A stretch of 64,000 bases of DNA from Candidatus Obscuribacterales bacterium (GTDB taxonomy: Bacteria > Cyanobacteriota > Vampirovibrionia > Obscuribacterales > Obscuribacteraceae). Positions 59,869 through 64,000 of the stretch are shown piece by piece (positions within the stretch are counted from its first letter, which is position 1; each line of letters begins with the position of its first letter). Below the pieces are notes generated by a model. The model made no database searches. It worked only from the letters and a program-made list of their open reading frames with translations, and was not told the DNA's origin. The stretch is from NCBI GenBank assembly GCA_965228855.1, contig CBDDIJ010000003.1, positions 2,752,001 through 2,816,000 of the forward strand, read 5' to 3'. The position numbers and the translations under genes are program-made.

Positions 59869-60918
59869 ATGTCACCAGTGATGGTACTAGCCGGAGACGA
59901 GGATTTTGAACTCTACCGACGGCTAGCAAAATTGAAAGATTCACTTCTGGATCCGGCTTTTGCGTCGTTCAACTTCGCTCGTTTTGAAACGCCATCAATC
60001 ACCGACGTTCTCGATAACGCGCTGACCGTCCCGTTCGGTCCTGGCAATAAAGTCATAATCTTCGATAAGTGCGACTTTTTTACGCGCAAATCTGCAGGAA
60101 AAGGAAAAGACAAATCCGATTCCGGAAGCGCCACTCAAAAGCAACTCGACAGCCTTGATGATTCACTCGGCTCTGTGCATCCAAATACGCACCTGATTTT
60201 TGCGTGCCCCTTCAATTTCGACTCAAATTTGAAAATGTCGAAGATCGTGTTGAAACATGCAAAACCCGAGGAATTTCCGAAGGCTAAATACTACATAGGT
60301 TCCCCTAATCCAAAGTTGGAAACCTGGGTTCGCAAAGAAGCCAAAGCGAAGGGCGCCACTATCGACGATACCGCCATCGCATACTTGCTTGATGGAACAG
60401 AAGCAAACTTGCGCCAGATTTATTCGGAAATTGATAAAGCAGCGACGTACATAATGCCGAAAACCCACATCACTTATGATGTGGTGGTCGAGATGAGTCC
60501 GCATCACTCGCACGTTTTCACGCTTCTCGATCACTGGTTGGAAGGCCGCGCCTCGAGCGCGCTCGACAGCGCGATCGAACTGCTGTCGCGCCAGCCTGCT
60601 CTAAAAGTTATCGCCACGTTGCAGACATTTCTCGGTCGCTGGATCGAAATGAAGGTAATATGCGAGCAAGCAAATGCCAAACTGCCTTTCGCTCCCGGCG
60701 TACAAAGACGCGAACTTCCGTTTCCTGAACAACTGAAACGAGTGGCGTCGGAGATGAAGACACAACCGTTCCTGATCGAAAAAGATTTGAAACGCCTGCG
60801 CACTCACAGCTCCGCTTACCTGATAAAGAAACGCCGCCAACTAACGAATTTCGAATTCCTCGTCAAGAGCGGCCGCCTCAACGAAAAAAACGCCCTGGAA
60901 TTATTCATCGCCAGCTAA
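59869..60918 (+). CDS. holA: DNA polymerase III subunit delta
   Basis: VLAGD..F, LTVPFG....VII, L..W....AK..G..ID..A...L, L.....EIDK. Confidence 0.82.
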   Translation: MSPVMVLAGDEDFELYRRLAKLKDSLLDPAFASFNFARFETPSITDVLDNALTVPFGPGNKVIIFDKCDFFTRKSAGKGKDKSDSGSATQKQLDSLDDSLGSVHPNTHLIFACPFNFDSNLKMSKIVLKHAKPEEFPKAKYYIGSPNPKLETWVRKEAKAKGATIDDTAIAYLLDGTEANLRQIYSEIDKAATYIMPKTHITYDVVVEMSPHHSHVFTLLDHWLEGRASSALDSAIELLSRQPALKVIATLQTFLGRWIEMKVICEQANAKLPFAPGVQRRELPFPEQLKRVASEMKTQPFLIEKDLKRLRTHSSAYLIKKRRQLTNFEFLVKSGRLNEKNALELFIAS

Positions 60919-61193
60919 TCTCCAAGCTCTCCAAGCATATTCGAAAGTACCGAGCGAGGAAACCATGCCAGCTTTTTCCAAGCATATTCGAAAGTCCCGC
61001 CAATTCCGCCCAGCGATTCAAACTCGGCAGAGGAAGCGGCTTTCCGGCATTTTTCTTAGTTTTTTGGCTACGACACTACGACGCTTTTTCGAAAATGCGT
61101 CGTAGTCAGATAGACATCGTGCCGAGGTGCACAACTCTTTAGGTCAGGATATACTGTGTTCAAGGCAACTCAAAGACACTGAGAGAGGAAACC

Positions 61194-61919
61194 ATGCCAG
61201 ACACAAGATATGTTCTCGATGACATGACGGTCAAAGACACCTGGCGAATTTTTCGTATGATGGCTGAGATGGTCGAGGGCTTCGAGGAACTATCAAAGAT
61301 AGGTCCGGCGGTTTCTATTTTCGGAAGTGCCCGCTGCAAGCCGTCCGACCCTGAGTATCTGCTGGCGGAAACCATCGCCAGGAAATTAGCGGAGCGCGGT
61401 TTTGCTGTCATCACCGGCGGTGGTCCGGGTGTGATGGAGGGCGGCAACAAAGGTGCCATCGCTGCTGGTGGCACGTCCGTTGGACTTAACATCCAACTTC
61501 CCCGCGAGCAGGCGCCCAACCCCTATCAGACTGTCTCTGTAGACTTCCGCTATTTTTTCGTGCGAAAGCTCATGTTCGTAAAATACGCGGTTGCATTCAT
61601 CATCATGCCAGGAGGCTACGGAAGTCTCGACGAACTGTTCGAGGCTCTCACCCTGATTCAAACTAACAGGATAAAACGCTTTCCGCTTTTCCTCGTCGAC
61701 TCGACCTTTTGGAAACCAATGCTGGACTGGATTCGCGAAGGTCCCGTCAAACGCGGTTTTATCGCGGAATCAGAGCTGGACTTAATCACTCTAGTCGACG
61801 ATCCGGATGAACTCGTCGCCCAGATTGTCTGGTGCGAAGAAGAGAAGTGCTATCTAAATCCGGATGGTTTGATGGCTCATCCCAGCCGTAAGCTGCCGAA
61901 GCCCGACACCGAAATATGA
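61194..61919 (+). CDS. LOG family (TIGR00730) nucleotide-monophosphate nucleosidase
   Basis: SIFGSAR, TGGGPGVMEG.NKGA, FRYFFVRK.MF, PGGYGSLDELFE. Confidence 0.92.
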   Translation: MPDTRYVLDDMTVKDTWRIFRMMAEMVEGFEELSKIGPAVSIFGSARCKPSDPEYLLAETIARKLAERGFAVITGGGPGVMEGGNKGAIAAGGTSVGLNIQLPREQAPNPYQTVSVDFRYFFVRKLMFVKYAVAFIIMPGGYGSLDELFEALTLIQTNRIKRFPLFLVDSTFWKPMLDWIREGPVKRGFIAESELDLITLVDDPDELVAQIVWCEEEKCYLNPDGLMAHPSRKLPKPDTEI

Positions 61920-62932
61920 TCGAAATAGACGGAAGCCTCGGTGAGGGTGGCGGACAAATAGTCCGCTCGTCTCTCGCGCTGTCCATCATAACCGGAAAAC
62001 CTTTCCGCATAAGACAAGTACGCGCCAATAGGTCAAAACCAGGTCTGTTGAATCAGCACCTGACGGCGGTCAATGCGGCTGTGAAGATATCCGGCGCCGA
62101 CACCAGCGGAGTTAAGCTCGGGTCAACGAATTTCACTTTCTCACCTGGTCCTTGCGTACCTGGCGATTACACTTTCTCCAACGGCACTGCCGGCAGTACC
62201 ACACTCGTATTTCAAACTGTTTTGCCGCCCTTGATGATAGCGAACTCGGCGAGTTCAATCACCCTCGATGGTGGCACTCACAACCCGATGGCGCCGCCAT
62301 TCGAATTTCTGCGCGACACATTCCTTCCAGCACTTAAAGAGATGGGCGTAAGTGTCAAAGCGAATTTAAAGCGCTACGGTTTCTACCCCAAAGGCGGCGG
62401 CACTCTGCATTTCGAAATTCAGCCAGCGGAGACAATGACGCCCATTCATCTGGCCGAAAAAGAAGGTATCAAATCTGTCAACGCCCAGGCTCTTGTAGTC
62501 AAGCTTCCGGAAGACATCGGTCACCGTGAATTGAAAACGCTGAAGGCGAAGCTTTCACGACTGGACCACGCGAAAGTAACAGCGGTGGATGAAGGCGTTT
62601 CACAAGGCAACGTCGTGATAGTGCAAGTGAAAACCGGTGCACTCACGGAAACCATAACCGCGATAGGCGAGCGCGGTTTGAAGGCTGAACTGGTCGCTGA
62701 CGCAGCTGCGCTTGAAACCAATCAATATTTATCAAATAGCGCCGCAGTCGGAGAGCACCTCGCCGATCAACTTTTGATTCCAATGGCCCTTGCCGGTGAA
62801 GGTTCTTTCATAACTTCCGTTCTCTCGAGCCACACCACAACTAACATTGATGTGATCCAAAAATTTCTCGATATCAATATCAAAACAAAACAGCTCGGCG
62901 ATTCACAATGGAAGATCGAAGTATTCAAGTAG
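61916..62932 (+). CDS. rtcA: RNA 3'-terminal phosphate cyclase
   Basis: IDGSLGEGGGQIVR, R.KPGL..QHL, GGTHNP.AP, GFYPKGGG, EHLADQLL. Confidence 0.95.
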   Translation: MIEIDGSLGEGGGQIVRSSLALSIITGKPFRIRQVRANRSKPGLLNQHLTAVNAAVKISGADTSGVKLGSTNFTFSPGPCVPGDYTFSNGTAGSTTLVFQTVLPPLMIANSASSITLDGGTHNPMAPPFEFLRDTFLPALKEMGVSVKANLKRYGFYPKGGGTLHFEIQPAETMTPIHLAEKEGIKSVNAQALVVKLPEDIGHRELKTLKAKLSRLDHAKVTAVDEGVSQGNVVIVQVKTGALTETITAIGERGLKAELVADAAALETNQYLSNSAAVGEHLADQLLIPMALAGEGSFITSVLSSHTTTNIDVIQKFLDINIKTKQLGDSQWKIEVFK

Positions 62933-63083
62933 TGAGATCACATTAAAAACCGCTCAGCATCTATGATTTCGTACATCTTCGTTACATCGCTATTAAGGAT
63001 TTTGGTAAAAATTTCGGTTTCTTCTTAACTCATACATACAATGTTCTTTCGATCAGGTGTCAGACCGCCGGAGGAAACAGGCT

Positions 63084-63866
63084 TTGAAGATCGCAGTATG
63101 TGTGAAATCAGTCCCCGATACGGAAACAAAAATCAGCATCGCAGCGGACAAAAAGAACATCGAATTGAACGGTGTACGTTTTATCACCAGCCCCTTTGAT
63201 GAATTCGCAATCGAAGAAGCTATCAAGCTCAAAGAGAAAAACGGTGGAGAAACCGTTGCCATCTCTGTCGGCGGCAAAGAAGTAACTGACGTTCTAAGAG
63301 ACAGCCTGGCGCGCGGCATCGACTCAGCAGTGCATGTTGACGACCCGGACCTAACCTGGCTCGACCCCCTCAGCACAGCAAAGGTTCTTGCTGCTGCCAT
63401 CAAAGATGGTGGCTACGACGTTGTGCTCTGCGGACAGCAAGGTGTCGGCGGAGACAACTCGCAGGTCCCCTCGATTCTCGCTGAGCTTCTCAACATTCCG
63501 CAAGTAACCCTGGTTGTAAAACTTGAAATCGACGGCACGAAATTCAGAGCGGAGCGTGAAATCGAAGGCGCTCACGAATTCGTAGAAGGCTCACTACCGG
63601 CTGTATTCAGCGCTCAGAAAGGCTTGAACGAGCCCCGCTACCCCTCCATCAAAGGCGTCATGGCAGCACGCAGAAAAGAGATCGCAGTAAAAAATGCTGA
63701 AGCTCTCGGCATCAAAGGCACTGTAGGTGGTGACAATCGCAAAGTCGTCATCAAAGAAATGACGTTGCCGCCGGACCGAGGTCAAGGACGCCGTCTCGAA
63801 GGCGATGTTGACGCTCAAGTCAAAACGCTCGTAGACCTGCTTCGCAAAGAAGCACACGTTATCTAA
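63084..63866 (+). CDS. etfB: Electron transfer flavoprotein subunit beta
   Basis: GGAGG SD then TTG. VCVKSVPD, PFDEFAIEEA, LNEPRYPS.KG.M.A. Confidence 0.93.
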   Translation: MKIAVCVKSVPDTETKISIAADKKNIELNGVRFITSPFDEFAIEEAIKLKEKNGGETVAISVGGKEVTDVLRDSLARGIDSAVHVDDPDLTWLDPLSTAKVLAAAIKDGGYDVVLCGQQGVGGDNSQVPSILAELLNIPQVTLVVKLEIDGTKFRAEREIEGAHEFVEGSLPAVFSAQKGLNEPRYPSIKGVMAARRKEIAVKNAEALGIKGTVGGDNRKVVIKEMTLPPDRGQGRRLEGDVDAQVKTLVDLLRKEAHVI

Positions 63867-63898
63867 TTGCCGTCGCCAAGAAATTCAGGAGATAAAAA

Positions 63899-64000
63899 AT
63901 GAGTCAAGGTATTCTGGTTTTCATCGAACAACGCAACGGTCAAATCCGCAAAGCAAGTCTCGAAGCCCTTTGTGAAGCACAAAAGCACGCCGGACTTTCA
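63899..64000 (+). CDS. etfA: Electron transfer flavoprotein subunit alpha (N-terminal part, runs off the window)
   Basis: AGGAG SD, MSQGILVFIEQRNGQIRKASLEAL..A, directly after etfB. Confidence 0.8.
   Translation, partial: MSQGILVFIEQRNGQIRKASLEALCEAQKHAGLS

Noticed and set aside
62968..62988. Direct repeat ttcgt(t)acatc upstream of etfB as an OmpR-family binding site
   Set aside because: Only two short imperfect copies with spacing that fits neither HLR1 nor a Pho box well; could be chance.

Overview
Mostly core chromosome of a ~50-55% GC bacterium. A cyanobacteria-like RpaB regulator, short RNase D, ABC1 kinase, CsaB, DUF2993 and Mini-III, with no photosynthesis genes, suggest a non-photosynthetic cyanobacterial relative (Vampirovibrionia/Melainabacteria, possibly Obscuribacterales). 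That assignment is inference only. Housekeeping genes include ruvB, cdsA, tRNA-Ser(GCT), eno, ahcY, glcEF, gcvPB, rph, gpmI, phoR/B/U-like, holA, rtcA and etfBA. The most interesting locus is 45981-49486: a HerA/DUF87-like ATPase with degenerate motifs and a Cys-rich C-terminus, then a ~210-nt structured non-coding element closed by a long inverted repeat (msr-msd-like), then a stand-alone retron-type reverse transcriptase (YCDD/VSG variant) and a strong terminator. This is a candidate retron with a non-canonical partner. Other oddities: a glutamate dehydrogenase homologue lacking catalytic residues, tandem CpaC-like secretins with divergent central inserts, a pseudo-receiver/degenerate GGDEF protein, a sensorless PhoR-like kinase, repeat-rich proteins, and many short tandem repeats next to stop codons. 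No CRISPR array, rRNA or transposase was seen.
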